Shown: one piece after another, positions 18,348-28,656 of the stretch
How positions within the stretch are numbered: the first letter of the stretch is position 1
Layout: every line of letters starts with the position of its first letter
DNA from: a virus
IMG/VR virus record: IMGVR_UViG_3300048060_000074
Strand: one strand, 5' to 3'
DNA length: 64,000 bases
Notes under the pieces: model-generated
Told to the model about the DNA's origin: nothing
Seen by the model: the letters and a program-made list of their open reading frames with translations, nothing else
Database searches by the model: none
Translations under genes and position numbers: made by a program

Positions 18348-18460
18348 CCCGGGCTGCCGATTTGAACGGCTTTCGCTGGAGTCTTTCGTGCCTTGCGGCG
18401 ATCCTACTCCTGCTTTTACCATGCCTACGCGGGTTAAGCCACCCTGCGTAGGCGCCCGGA
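18348..18460 (-). ncRNA. putative structured RNA with closing helix, GNRA loops and a T-loop
   Basis: TCCGGGC/GCCCGGG, GCCTACGC/GCGTAGGC, GGAGT/ACTCC, GCC-GCAA-GGC, GCCG-TTCAAAT-CGGC. Confidence 0.45.
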
Positions 18461-18508
18461 AGGGCGGGCAGTTTTTAGGGTCGTACCCAGGACCGCGCTC
18501 TTGGAGAG

Positions 18509-18589
18509 CTAGCCATCGGCGATCAGCACAACGATCACCACGATCAGACAGACAAAGACAACCAGCATGATGCCAATAGTAGCGTTCAC
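18509..18589 (-). CDS. 26-aa single-pass membrane peptide (not in ORF track)
   Basis: GAGGAG RBS, GTG overlapping upstream TGA; MNATIGIMLVVFVCLIVVIVVLIADG. Confidence 0.55.
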   Translation of the reverse strand: MNATIGIMLVVFVCLIVVIVVLIADG

Positions 18590-18882
18590 TCTGGCTCCTC
18601 CTCATAAGGGCCTCGGCTCACGAACACCGATGCCGAGTCACCGTCTATGAACCTGACATCTACCAGGTGGTCGTAGATGTCAAACTGGGCGATCATCGTG
18701 TGGGCGGCGTTCTCCACAGTTGCAATACCGCTTGGCGCCAGGTCTGTCAAGTGGGCAAAGGCGATCTGCACCACATCGTCCTCTTCCCCGATGGTGTTCC
18801 GGACTTGCATGCTGAACTGGAACGTCTCGGCGGTTGCCAGAATAAACGCCTGGCGTTGCATTGGGTCACTCTTGTCCATCAA
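18586..18882 (-). CDS. hypothetical protein
   Basis: GGAGG RBS. Confidence 0.7.
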   Translation of the reverse strand: MMDKSDPMQRQAFILATAETFQFSMQVRNTIGEEDDVVQIAFAHLTDLAPSGIATVENAAHTMIAQFDIYDHLVDVRFIDGDSASVFVSRGPYEEEPE

Positions 18883-18891
18883 AACCTCCCG

Positions 18892-18907
18892 TTTTACACG
18901 TATAAAA
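18892..18907. promoter_or_regulatory. 16-bp palindrome TTTTACACGTATAAAA
   Basis: directly upstream of RBS of 18882. Confidence 0.9.
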
Positions 18908-18919
18908 CCAATAGCGATT

Positions 18920-19141
18920 CTACAGATCGTTGGCTTCTATCCCCATCGTATCAGAAAGCTGGCGAACATAAAAGCCACGACGATCATAATCAAGGCGCTC
19001 GTCCGTCGTAGCCCGCCTGATCGAAATAATCTCAGGCGACTCGGGCATTTCACGAAATACCCAACGCCACGCTTTTGCCCGAGTAGGTGCGTCGAGCAGT
19101 AAGTAGTACAGTTCTCCTACGTCAATTCTGAAAGTATTCAT
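18920..19141 (-). CDS. hypothetical protein
   Basis: AAGGA RBS, MNTFRIDV. Confidence 0.55.
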   Translation of the reverse strand: MNTFRIDVGELYYLLLDAPTRAKAWRWVFREMPESPEIISIRRATTDERLDYDRRGFYVRQLSDTMGIEANDL

Positions 19142-19205
19142 GCGGGTCCTTTCTTTGATTCTACCCAATCCTTTGCCTACCAGTGGGTGATAGGCAAAAG
19201 GCTGG

Positions 19206-19754
19206 CTAGATCCGGCCGGCTGCGTGTGCGCACCTGTACGCTGCGCGTATGATGGTGTCCTCCGTGTTCCCAGCCAGCGCCCAGTAAAACTCCTCGATAG
19301 CGGCGGCGTCTGGATCCTCCACCATGACGAAAATCTTGTCCTCAGACAATTTCTCGCCGTGCTTGGCAAGCTCTCGTCGGTCAGCATATAGAACGCGAGA
19401 GGTCCCGCCGTCGTCCTCCATAAAAAATGCCCAATTGCGAGACGCCAGAATTTCAAAGTACCCAAAGTCAACCAGGTGCACCTTGGGCGACTTGCGCTTG
19501 GCTCCACAAGGACAACGGGTGTGGTTGTCCAGGATGAAATTGTGGCGGCACCTGGATCCGTCGCCATCCACAACGGGGTACATGTAACCGTTCTTGGTCA
19601 TACGTATGCCACTGGCTCCAGTCTGCACCATCGCCGATGCGAGTTGTCGCGCTCGATTGTCGCTGTACCACACCCGCTTTTTGTTTGCCATGACAGGGGT
19701 GGGTGGCACCCCTGTCCCAAATGGGAAGTGTTCCCACAAAAGCCCGATCATCAA
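19206..19754 (-). CDS. hypothetical protein with CxH...CPC motif
   Basis: AAGGAGG RBS. Confidence 0.7.
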   Translation of the reverse strand: MMIGLLWEHFPFGTGVPPTPVMANKKRVWYSDNRARQLASAMVQTGASGIRMTKNGYMYPVVDGDGSRCRHNFILDNHTRCPCGAKRKSPKVHLVDFGYFEILASRNWAFFMEDDGGTSRVLYADRRELAKHGEKLSEDKIFVMVEDPDAAAIEEFYWALAGNTEDTIIRAAYRCAHAAGRI

Positions 19755-19915
19755 AGCCTCCTTATATACTGTCTGAAAAGGATTCTACCCAAACCCATGA
19801 CCCAGAGTGGTGCACACACGGGCGCTTCAATATGCGATATCCCGCGTGGCGTTGCCTGATATCACTCTGGGACAAGAGTGTGGAGGGAATCAAATACCCG
19901 GTGGAGGATACTGAC

Positions 19916-20287
19916 TCAGCGACTTGACCGAACTAGAGGGGGGTGCGGATATCCACCTATACGATGCAGATAGAAAGTATAGACCGCCACAGGCTTGCCT
20001 GTTGTCACGATAGATTTGTCTATGACGTATACGCACCCGCATGGACACCAAGCGATTGTGGAATCACCGTGTGCCATAGTAGATATGTCGCTATCGCCAC
20101 CACAGTCGGGGCAAGGACATTCTGCATTGTTTCTTGAGAACACCACCACATCGTATGGCGGTGTACCTACTTCAACCTTGTTTTCTGATACGACGATTTG
20201 CACCAACGTTCCCTTTCTACTGATAACCCGGGACTTGCCACCCGGACAACGATAACGCTGTGGTCTTACGCCCCCGAGATTGCCCAA
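19916..20287 (-). CDS. Cys-rich hypothetical protein
   Basis: CPCPDC...CPCGC; start uncertain. Confidence 0.5.
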   Translation of the reverse strand: MGNLGGVRPQRYRCPGGKSRVISRKGTLVQIVVSENKVEVGTPPYDVVVFSRNNAECPCPDCGGDSDISTMAHGDSTIAWCPCGCVYVIDKSIVTTGKPVAVYTFYLHRIGGYPHPPLVRSSR

Positions 20288-20430
20288 GTCCCAGGGGCGG
20301 GCTCGATATTATTCAATTTTTACTCCATACGCTGTTTCGTGGCGTACAGAGTGTGCTAATTACGCTTCATGGCTGTCCTTTCTTTTAATGTGCTAGGCGA
20401 TTGTAACGTATCGCCGAATATATGACAGAT

Positions 20431-20667
20431 TTATGACACGACTCTATAATCCTCTAGGTCGTTCCACAAATCTATCAATGGTGGGCCCTTTGGGTAACAC
20501 TCATCACCGATGACCAGGATTTGTGCCACCTTGCTCGTCACAAAGCAGTATCCACCAACTATGCACCAGTTGTCTTGTTTCTCAAGTAGCCCGGTGGCGA
20601 TCTTGCCGTCTTCACCACGAATATTGCACTGCTTACCCTGAAGCATGGCAAGGACTTTATCTATCAT
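20431..20667 (-). CDS. hypothetical protein
   Basis: AAAGGA RBS. Confidence 0.55.
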   Translation of the reverse strand: MIDKVLAMLQGKQCNIRGEDGKIATGLLEKQDNWCIVGGYCFVTSKVAQILVIGDECYPKGPPLIDLWNDLEDYRVVS

Positions 20668-21034
20668 TGATGGTCCTTTCTATGTTAGCGCGACGCCGCT
20701 ATTCGTAATGCATCCTAGAAAATATGACAAAGGGTGTCTTGTTTGACGACCGATTGCTAGCCGATGTTGTATTTATGGACTTTTGGAATTCTAAAAGTCT
20801 AAAAGTCCATATGGGGTGGGTGTCGAAATTTGGCAGGGTTTCTTGCGCCCCGTTTTCCCGCCCTTTGCCCAAAGCGATCTAAATTCTCTTTTTCTCCTAA
20901 CCGATCCGGTTCAAAAAGCATCGAAATACACGGGTCGTGTCTGTGTTTTGCGATTGCGATCTAACCGATCCGGTCAGTCGCTTTGCACGTGTAAAATCAG
21001 CACAAAAGCACCATGGGTGTCTGTGCTGTTGTGT

Positions 21035-21217
21035 CTACCACTCGTCTTGGCGCGTGTCGGGGCGTTCCGAACCATACTCGGAACACAAGTCATCCTCCAC
21101 ATATGCGCCTGTGGCATCGCGCTCTGTTTGATAGAGTACGTGTTCCGCGTCAGCGTACCAATGTCGCTTGCAGTATGGGCAAATCGCTTTTACTTGCCAA
21201 TTCGCTATCGTGTCCAT
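21035..21217 (-). CDS. small zinc-ribbon protein
   Basis: AGGAG RBS; CPYC. Confidence 0.5.
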   Translation of the reverse strand: MDTIANWQVKAICPYCKRHWYADAEHVLYQTERDATGAYVEDDLCSEYGSERPDTRQDEW

Positions 21218-21422
21218 TTTTTTCTCCTGTGGACTTGGGGAAATTCGCGTGATTTTTTTCAGTTTTCGAGTGTGCTAGACTTGCCACAATTCCCCTAGTC
21301 TACCCTGCGTGGAGGACGCACTGGGGCGCTATGGCAAAACTAGCACATAGCGCAAAACGCAGGATCCTGACAATCCTGCGTTTTGCCTTGTCTCTAGGGA
21401 TAGGACGTTTTGTTAAAAATCG

Positions 21423-22211
21423 CTACGAACCGTTTGAGGGCGCCCATGTGGACGCGTCCTCTGAAATAGTGCTGATGCCTACGGATCCTCCAAAAGCGAG
21501 CTTGCCGTACTCTTTGGACTTCATGGACGCGTGCAGACCGTCAATCGTCCCGTCACACGTGTACTCTTTACCATCGCGCGTCGTCTTGCTTTCGTGTCCA
21601 AACGCCGACATAAATCGTTTGGCAGTACTCGCATACTTGATGCTGAGTTCACCGAACTCCGCACTCGTTGCCCCTGGTAAGGCATTGTCCAAAAACTTAC
21701 CATTACCCTGGTCGATGCGAACGTACACTCTCCAGATATTGTGTGCGGTAATTTTCATCACACGCACTTGCCCGTCCACGTCGCAGGCTACCACTTTTCC
21801 CTCAATGGAATCGCGTTTCCCCGTCTTCCGTGTGCGCGTCACTGTCCATGCTTCCCTGAACGCGTCATACTTGGACGCTTTCAACGCTGACATTTCTGTC
21901 TGTAACAGTGCTATTCTGCTTGGTGCACTCTCCCGCGCTTTGATAAGTGCTTGCACAGCGCCAAAGTCTTTGCGCTCTACTGCACCTTTGAGCGCATCGT
22001 CAAAGTGCGCACTGTCCAAGTAGCGCTCTTGCGCAAGAATGCTGTTCTCACATTTCCCCACAGCGTCACTGTCCACGTGCGCCTCGACAAATGCTTGCAC
22101 GCTCACCGCAATTGAGCGTCCTATACTGCCCTCCGGGTGCTCTGCCAACTTTGCAATAAATCCTGGAGTGCTTGCAAAATCGTCAATCTCTTTAACACTG
22201 AAATTAAACAC
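21423..22211 (-). CDS. hypothetical protein, candidate immediate-early gene
   Basis: AAGGAG RBS, GTG start; lies in the compositionally distinct island. Confidence 0.7.
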   Translation of the reverse strand: MFNFSVKEIDDFASTPGFIAKLAEHPEGSIGRSIAVSVQAFVEAHVDSDAVGKCENSILAQERYLDSAHFDDALKGAVERKDFGAVQALIKARESAPSRIALLQTEMSALKASKYDAFREAWTVTRTRKTGKRDSIEGKVVACDVDGQVRVMKITAHNIWRVYVRIDQGNGKFLDNALPGATSAEFGELSIKYASTAKRFMSAFGHESKTTRDGKEYTCDGTIDGLHASMKSKEYGKLAFGGSVGISTISEDASTWAPSNGS

Positions 22212-22338
22212 CTTAGAACTCCTTTTTCTGTCACTTGCCCATCCCTATGCTGTTGTAAATGTGCTTTTAGTACACATCCCTGACTGCGAGAACCCCCTCA
22301 CAGGCAAGAATTTGTACTAAAACGTTGCTTGCAGAAAA

Positions 22339-22551
22339 CTACAAGCGAGATACCATACGTGACTGGATGCTGTACCCGTATGGTACTTCCATGCATGGTA
22401 CTGCTCTAGCTACAGCGTGCAGTGTAAACGCTTGTGCTGGAATATACGAGATTGCGCCAAGACTCTCCCACGTGGAGCCAGTCCAGTACCCTATTATACT
22501 GCCCTCCCGTGTCAGAACTAGCGCTAGTATCCGCGTACCATAGTTGTCCAT
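22339..22551 (-). CDS. hypothetical protein
   Basis: AGGAGG RBS; extended -10 TGaTACAAT at 22609-22617. Confidence 0.6.
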   Translation of the reverse strand: MDNYGTRILALVLTREGSIIGYWTGSTWESLGAISYIPAQAFTLHAVARAVPCMEVPYGYSIQSRMVSRL

Positions 22552-23300
22552 TTTTCCTCCTATGCAGTTAGTGAGTCTATGCCCCAGGTGGCGCACACGC
22601 GCACACACATTGTATCACGACTTTTAGCATACTATATGTAGTATGCAGATACCTAAAAAAGTGCTGTTTTGACGTGTGCGCATACTACCTGTAGCATTTG
22701 CACGTTACGCTGAAAAAGTGTAAATACCTAATCGAGTGATATATCGCCAAGTGCACTATGCTATGTACTATACTGTATACACACTATACAAAGAGCCCTT
22801 CCTGTAGTCTATACCCGTACACGTGGTCGGCTTTACATAATTCAGTTGAGAATTAGGCAGTATATGTGCATACACACAATGCAGTATATACATATGTGAT
22901 ATATAGCATTGTGTGTACAGCACACTATGTGTCCATACTAGTGGTTGGATTATGCGTGCTACTGCACACGCTAGGCAGAGCGTGCAGATACCCCGCCTAG
23001 CGCGCCACACTCGCACAGAGATATAATGCCATATGCTCTAGCGCATTGCAGCATGGCAGAGCAGGAGCGTTGCAGAGCGGCATGACATAACCCCCTGGTA
23101 AGATTATGACGCCAAGCGGTAAAAATGCTCGATTACCCAACTTTCCCCCACCACCCCCAAAAAATCCTCACCTTTACATAACAACCCCCAACAATTCCCT
23201 AATCGCTACACGCATTTCGCATAGCGTGGTAGGGCAGAGGTCGCGTGCAGATAGCTGCAAAAGCGTGCAATTAGCGTGCTGATATGCTCCATTCGTCCCA

Positions 23301-23316
23301 TTTTACACGTATAAAA
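23301..23316. promoter_or_regulatory. 16-bp palindrome TTTTACACGTATAAAA
   Basis: in the long non-coding region. Confidence 0.9.
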
Positions 23317-23387
23317 TGTGAAATTCTGTGTAGATAGCAGTATTACATTCCCGGAACGTTGCACATACCCCTACCTGCGTCGCGCAC

Positions 23388-23417
23388 TTGGGATAAGTTG
23401 GGATAAACTTGGGATAA
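23388..23417. repeat. three phased direct repeats of TTGGGATAA
   Basis: copies start at 23388, 23398 and 23409. Confidence 0.85.
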
Positions 23418-23462
23418 CTCAGTTTCCGTGTGGCTCGCACTCGGGTGAAGTATCGTAGAGGC

Positions 23463-23549
23463 AACAAAAAAGGGAGAGCATCCGAGTGTCCGCGTGCGGG
23501 CATCCATTCCCGCGCTCTCGTTCTCTCCCTTTTCCCCTTAGAGGAAGGT
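23463..23549 (-). ncRNA. putative ~90-nt small RNA
   Basis: follows promoter 23556-23584; AAGGGAGAG/CTCTCCCTT stem with inner GCGGG/CCCGC stem and a U-tract. Confidence 0.45.
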
Positions 23550-23555
23550 ACTCTT

Positions 23556-23584
23556 ATCTTACTACAAACGAGGCAAATTGTCAA
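23556..23584 (-). promoter_or_regulatory. sigma70-type promoter
   Basis: TTGACA-17-TAAGAT. Confidence 0.7.
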
Positions 23585-23598
23585 TAGCCTCAAAAGAG

Positions 23599-23639
23599 AA
23601 GGGGACGCCCGGCCTTCAGTCCAGCCGCAGCGTCCCCTT
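23599..23639 (-). terminator. putative intrinsic terminator
   Basis: AAGGGGACGC/GCGTCCCCTT stem followed by a T-rich tail on the minus strand. Confidence 0.5.
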
Positions 23640-23696
23640 TGTGAGCCGCATAGAGGGTTGCCCCTCGTCTGCTCGTTCTATCCTATCATAGGTCAA

Positions 23697-24233
23697 TCAA
23701 TCCGTCAATAAAGTTAGCGAGTCCGCCGAGAAAATATGCCCCCAGACGTGTTTAAAGCCATCGAGTTGCATAAAAACGCCCTCTTGGAAATCCGGTGGCG
23801 TGTCTGGATCATCACATTCTTGATACACAACGTACAATCTCCGTGGCATATTCCAGTCAATATCTGTCGCCAGCCTATCGCCAAGAAATTCCAAGAGCAC
23901 GCTCCCATCGTCATTTTTTGAGGTGCAGACGAGTTGCATTTCAACCCGTCTATAGCCATCGCCGTCCCGAATAAAACATCTTGCCGGTACGATCTCCACT
24001 TTTTTCTTCATAGGGCATTTGTGCTTCCTTTTCTTCCCAGAGCACTTTGGGCAAAGCTGGCGTTCCTTCCCGATCAGCCAGCCCTTTGCTCTGGCCTCCT
24101 TGAAGCATTGCCCTTCTGTATGCCCAGTAAATTGGTGAGGAAACTCATCGTACTCGTGGATGAGCATATCTTCCTTATGGCCCTCTTTCTGGTTATCGCA
24201 GTACAGATGTAGATCGTAGCACCCTACTATCAT
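23697..24233 (-). CDS. hypothetical protein with zinc ribbon
   Basis: GGGAG RBS; YCD...LCPKC. Confidence 0.6.
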   Translation of the reverse strand: MIVGCYDLHLYCDNQKEGHKEDMLIHEYDEFPHQFTGHTEGQCFKEARAKGWLIGKERQLCPKCSGKKRKHKCPMKKKVEIVPARCFIRDGDGYRRVEMQLVCTSKNDDGSVLLEFLGDRLATDIDWNMPRRLYVVYQECDDPDTPPDFQEGVFMQLDGFKHVWGHIFSADSLTLLTD

Positions 24234-24916
24234 CTTTTCTCTCCCTATTGCACTCCAGCATGGCCGTCGACGGCATTCAATATACGATCCGCCCTTGCCG
24301 GGTTGCTGCGGTTTGTCATCTCGACAATCTTCGATGTGGGCCATTCCCTCTCATCAACCAGTCCCCGATATTTCTTGAAACGTTCCCATGACTTACGCGT
24401 TATCCTGAGCAGTTTGTGCCCTTTATATAGTTCGCCACGCCGGTCCGTTTCTTCGAGCAAGGCGGTCAGTCTGTACGCAAGGTACAGCGATTGTATAAAC
24501 ATGTTCATAGGCGTTGCGGTTGTCATGCTTGCCTTCCTTTCTATGGTCATTTGCCAATGGCAGGGGAGGGAGGGAATTCCACCCTCTGTCGTCTTGATAG
24601 GACTTTCGTCGCCTACTCTACGCGGTATCAATCGCGGTTACCCTCGGCCATATCACACGGCGTCTATACCGTGTGCCTCCCCTCTTTCCCTTCCAGAACG
24701 CTTCGGAAGTGCTCCCAGAACAGCTTCACATCTACATCGCCTGGCATGTCGTATTCCACAATATTAAACCCAAAGGTCCGCATACTGTGCATACATACTG
24801 CACATGCATCAACCCACGCCCTGAGGGTCGCAGAATAGTATTGCCCGATGGCTGGAACAAGGTCGCCGTGCTTCCCGCATATATCGCATAGGGCGGTGTT
24901 TATCTTCATTTTATGC

Positions 24917-25159
24917 TCAATCCACACTGGGAATTCTAATTGCAAACTCCGACAGCGCAATGTCGCATGCAGCGTCACGCATTGCTTCTACTGCTTCTAT
25001 AGAGACTGCCATAAGGTCATTCCGCTGCGTCGTAAGCTCTGCGACAAGCTCCCGGTACACACGCAAAGAATCTCTGAAAGCGGCCAAAGTCTCTTCGTAT
25101 CCCTCCACCAGGTCGCGGCAGATAGGGCAGAGGCGCTGGTCGCAGTGCAAGTTACTCAT
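24917..25159 (-). CDS. coiled-coil protein with CPIC motif
   Basis: GGAGG RBS; MSNLHCDQRLCPICRD. Confidence 0.55.
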   Translation of the reverse strand: MSNLHCDQRLCPICRDLVEGYEETLAAFRDSLRVYRELVAELTTQRNDLMAVSIEAVEAMRDAACDIALSEFAIRIPSVD

Positions 25160-25340
25160 CGTCTGTGCCCTCCTCCTGCTCGCGATCATACCATATATAA
25201 AGAACAATGCACAAAGTCAGTATTTCAATGAGGGATGGCGCCGTATACGAGCCGCCCCACAGTGTAAGCAGCTCTTCAACTCCAAGCATCACCAGCCTTG
25301 CTATCCCGCTTGCCACAAAGATCCAGACAACATCTTTCAT
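25152..25340 (-). CDS. small membrane protein
   Basis: two hydrophobic segments, ATGA coupling. Confidence 0.6.
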   Translation of the reverse strand: MKDVVWIFVASGIARLVMLGVEELLTLWGGSYTAPSLIEILTLCIVLYIWYDREQEEGTDDE

Positions 25341-25807
25341 CTCTCTTCCTCCTTCAGGTTAATCGCCGGCGGCATAGGCAGCCAGTGCGTGACAGTGAAA
25401 TCGAAAGGAAACCCGTAGCCACCACAAATATACTCTTCGACCGTCCACTCCTGCCGCTGGTTAAAGACTTGTTGGCGCCAAACCAGATAGCGGCCATTTT
25501 CCTTTGGCTTGTCATCGGGGTAGATATGCGGCGGGTCTTTTGGCATTATCGGCCTCTCCCTTTCCCCTTTCAGTCTAATCGCCAGCGTCCCTGTTACTGG
25601 CCCATACCCCATGGCGATCTCTCGACCGTCCCTTCCACGAAACACTTCGATGAAGATGTTTTCTGTTCCGTGTCCGTGACCAATTGGCACCAGTAGCGCG
25701 CCCGTATCCAGGCAGGATACAATGCTGTACAAGTCTGCCATATGCCACCTACGTTCTGCACTGATGCCGGCGGCTATCAAGAAGAAGGCATCCTGCTTAG
25801 ACATCAT
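25337..25807 (-). CDS. DUF551-like phage protein (C-terminal domain)
   Basis: P...GRYLVW...VTHWLPMPPA. Confidence 0.65.
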   Translation of the reverse strand: MMSKQDAFFLIAAGISAERRWHMADLYSIVSCLDTGALLVPIGHGHGTENIFIEVFRGRDGREIAMGYGPVTGTLAIRLKGERERPIMPKDPPHIYPDDKPKENGRYLVWRQQVFNQRQEWTVEEYICGGYGFPFDFTVTHWLPMPPAINLKEEER

Positions 25808-26117
25808 TGCCGCCTCCTACAGACACAACACGCCTTATTGTCGCCGTTTCCCCCTTGGGGTAATCGCGTATCACGAATGCGCCCTCCTCGATGATGACGG
25901 CGACCGTTGGCCGTTGCTTGCCAACGTATTTAGATATCTCTTGCCGAATCGCCTCGATGTCTTCCAGCTTGGCCTCCCAGTATTCTTTGGCCTCAATGTA
26001 CTGCTTTTGCAAATACTCGGCTTTCTCCACCGCCTTCACATAATTCCGCACGATCATTTGCACGTGCCGTCTCTGGTCAGGTGTGGTGAGCGGTTTCAGT
26101 TCCCTTTTTGCCGTCAT
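25797..26117 (-). CDS. coiled-coil hypothetical protein
   Basis: GGAGG RBS, coupled. Confidence 0.65.
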   Translation of the reverse strand: MTAKRELKPLTTPDQRRHVQMIVRNYVKAVEKAEYLQKQYIEAKEYWEAKLEDIEAIRQEISKYVGKQRPTVAVIIEEGAFVIRDYPKGETATIRRVVSVGGGNDV

Positions 26118-26518
26118 TGCCTTTCCTCCTCCGTATCACCTACAAAAACCATATACGCCGCTTTGCAGATGGCAAGTGCTGGCGTGTCTGCCTCTGCGTC
26201 AAATTGTCCGAACACGCAGCGCCAAGCATTGTCTCCTATCCACCCATACTCTACTACAACCTCGTCTGAGTTGTGCGCCAGCATCTCGTCTACAACCTTC
26301 CAAGCGTCGGCGATGCTGCTGGTGTAGTGGGGCACGAAGCGAGTTCCGAGAAGAAACTCGGACTCGGAGCCTTCCCACAATCTGAAAGACTGAAGGTTTG
26401 CATCCGGTACTAAATCGCCTACCGAACGCCTGGACAGGAAGGTGTCTGTTCGCTTCCACCCCATCACGTGCTCGGCAATCCACGCGTCGAATTCTCTGCT
26501 GGACTCGTTTATGTTCAT
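26114..26518 (-). CDS. phage ABA-sandwich (BC1872-like) protein
   Basis: FDAWIAEHVMGW...PHYTSSIADAWKVVDEM...ADTPALAICKAAY. Confidence 0.75.
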   Translation of the reverse strand: MNINESSREFDAWIAEHVMGWKRTDTFLSRRSVGDLVPDANLQSFRLWEGSESEFLLGTRFVPHYTSSIADAWKVVDEMLAHNSDEVVVEYGWIGDNAWRCVFGQFDAEADTPALAICKAAYMVFVGDTEEERQ

Positions 26519-27909
26519 CGCTGCTCCTTTTCTTGGAACGGCGCAAGGGCAACGTCGATACCACAGAGGCAATCATTTACCAGCCCCCAGTCCGTTGCGC
26601 GGATCCCGGCTAACTCGCCCATCAAGCTCCGGAAAGCGGGAGGCGCGAGCTTGGCTACCTCGACCAATGCCTTCACTCGCGGATTCTGCAAACACAACGC
26701 ATCGAACTCGGCGTCGGTTAGGGCCGATTCCGGGCTGTGATCGCCACTTTTAATGCGATGAGGAAATATTTCACCTTCCGCATGGCGGTAGAATGCTTTT
26801 TCAAGATGCGCGTTTCCTGCACCGGAGAGGCAAATCACACTCCTTTTTACCATCGCCTCTTAAATACCCCCTCTATCTCTTTAGACAACAACTCTGCCCG
26901 TATGTCCGGGAAGACCTTTAAGAGTTGTAGCACGTCTTGCCCAAGGCGCCAGACGGCTCCCTCCAACTCCTTGGAGTATTTATAGAGGTGCGCGTGCGAT
27001 AATGCCATCTCGATGTTATCTGCTGCGTCTTTGACTCGCTCGATGACCGCATTTTCTTCTGTGTTCATTCTGTTGTCCCCTTCCATGCCCTCTCGAAAGC
27101 CAACCACAATTCCTTATGCGAGATGAGCCATTCTTCACCGTGGTACAAGATAGTGACATAGCCAGTGCCGCCTCCTATGGAGCCAACACATTCACCGTTG
27201 CCATCGAATACATCCGTGGGGGAGAATTTGAAGACGGTGAAACCTTTCTTGCCACCTTCCACTTCTACCTGTGGCCTGAACGCCTCGATGGTGAACAGTA
27301 TCTTTGGCGCTTGCGCTATAATTTCCTTGTATCTTTCTGCTCTACTCGTCATCTTTCCTCCTAGTCCTCCACGGCCACTTGAGATGCTTCCACCCAGGAA
27401 TGACGCCGACCGGCCACTCCATGAACCCCCATATCTCCAGGATGAGACAAAGGTTGAGCAAGACAACCTGCCACACCTTTTTCAGTCGGCATCGCGTCGC
27501 AATGTACCTTCCGCGAAACCCGGCGCGCGCGACATAAGTGAGCCAGGGCGGTGCGGTTTGCATATCGACAATGCACAGTCGCAAGCCCAGTAATTCAAAT
27601 GGTTGCCCAAAGTTTGCCGGCAGAGGCGGCTTGCATAGCTTTATATAATGGCGCGAAAAGACAGCAATCACCCCATCGCCAACCCACACCGCGCCTGTGT
27701 CTGTCAGTTCTATTGTTGCAAGTTTCACTTCATCTCCTTCGGCCAGTCTATGTCCAACCCGCCACCCTCCCGCGCCTTTACGATCAGCGCCGCTGTGGAG
27801 TTTGTCAAGCCCTTTCAGGATAGATATTCCATTCCAGGACTGACGGGCTAATTCCCACTCTAATTCAAAGCGGAGGTATCCGGTCGAAAGCTCAATGCTG
27901 GCTTTCATG
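26515..27909 (-). other. run of four coupled hypothetical ORFs (26515-26853, 26847-27107, 27065-27352, 27342-27909)
   Basis: overlapping stops and starts; no recognisable motifs. Confidence 0.55.
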
Positions 27910-28454
27910 CTTTCCTCTCCACATATCAGACATGTTGTAACAGCTAGGCAGTTCATGCTTCCGCAAGTGCTGCACGTAGGTATAGTCCATCTCGGCAGGC
28001 AGCCAAATGTCCGCGCATTCGGCACACATTTTGAACAGAAAGATTTCGCCGTCATTCCTACGCATGTAGAGTGGAAACTCGATATGCATTATCGCTTCGT
28101 CTGAGCCAATACGGTCGATAGCCCATTCATGGTGTGTAACATAAAACCGTTTCTTTTCTACACAGTACCACCCAAACGACCTCCTCGATGGACACGCGAT
28201 GATGCTGTTGAACCAGCTATCTGACCGTTTGACCCTGTCGACATACAGATAATTGAGCTCGGGGTCTTTTTCAGGCGCAGACAGCAAGACTCGATGGCGT
28301 CTCAAAGGCAGGAAACGGACATATACATAGTCATCTGGGTCGCCATCGTATATTTCTGCTGCGGCCTCCGTCTCGTTTGCCGCTCTCCCGCGCCACTTGT
28401 CAAGGTTGGCGATCTCCTTCTCAATTAGTCGGTCGAGCCAGGAACAGTCATCCA
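27892..28454 (-). CDS. hypothetical protein
   Basis: MDDCSWLD...; C-terminal CAEC. Confidence 0.55.
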
Positions 28455-28656
28455 TCTTGCCTAATCCCCTCGGGTTCGCTCCAACCTGCAACAGCGATGG
28501 GATGTTCGAGAATTCGCTCAAGATCGACCTCGACCCCGACCCTGTAGGACGCATCGTGCTTCTCGTGCGCGCGCCGCACATCTTTCACCACGAATATATC
28601 GCCTCTCTTGGGGTAGGGAAGGCCGCTCTCGTCGGTTACTATAAGTGTGTAGATCC

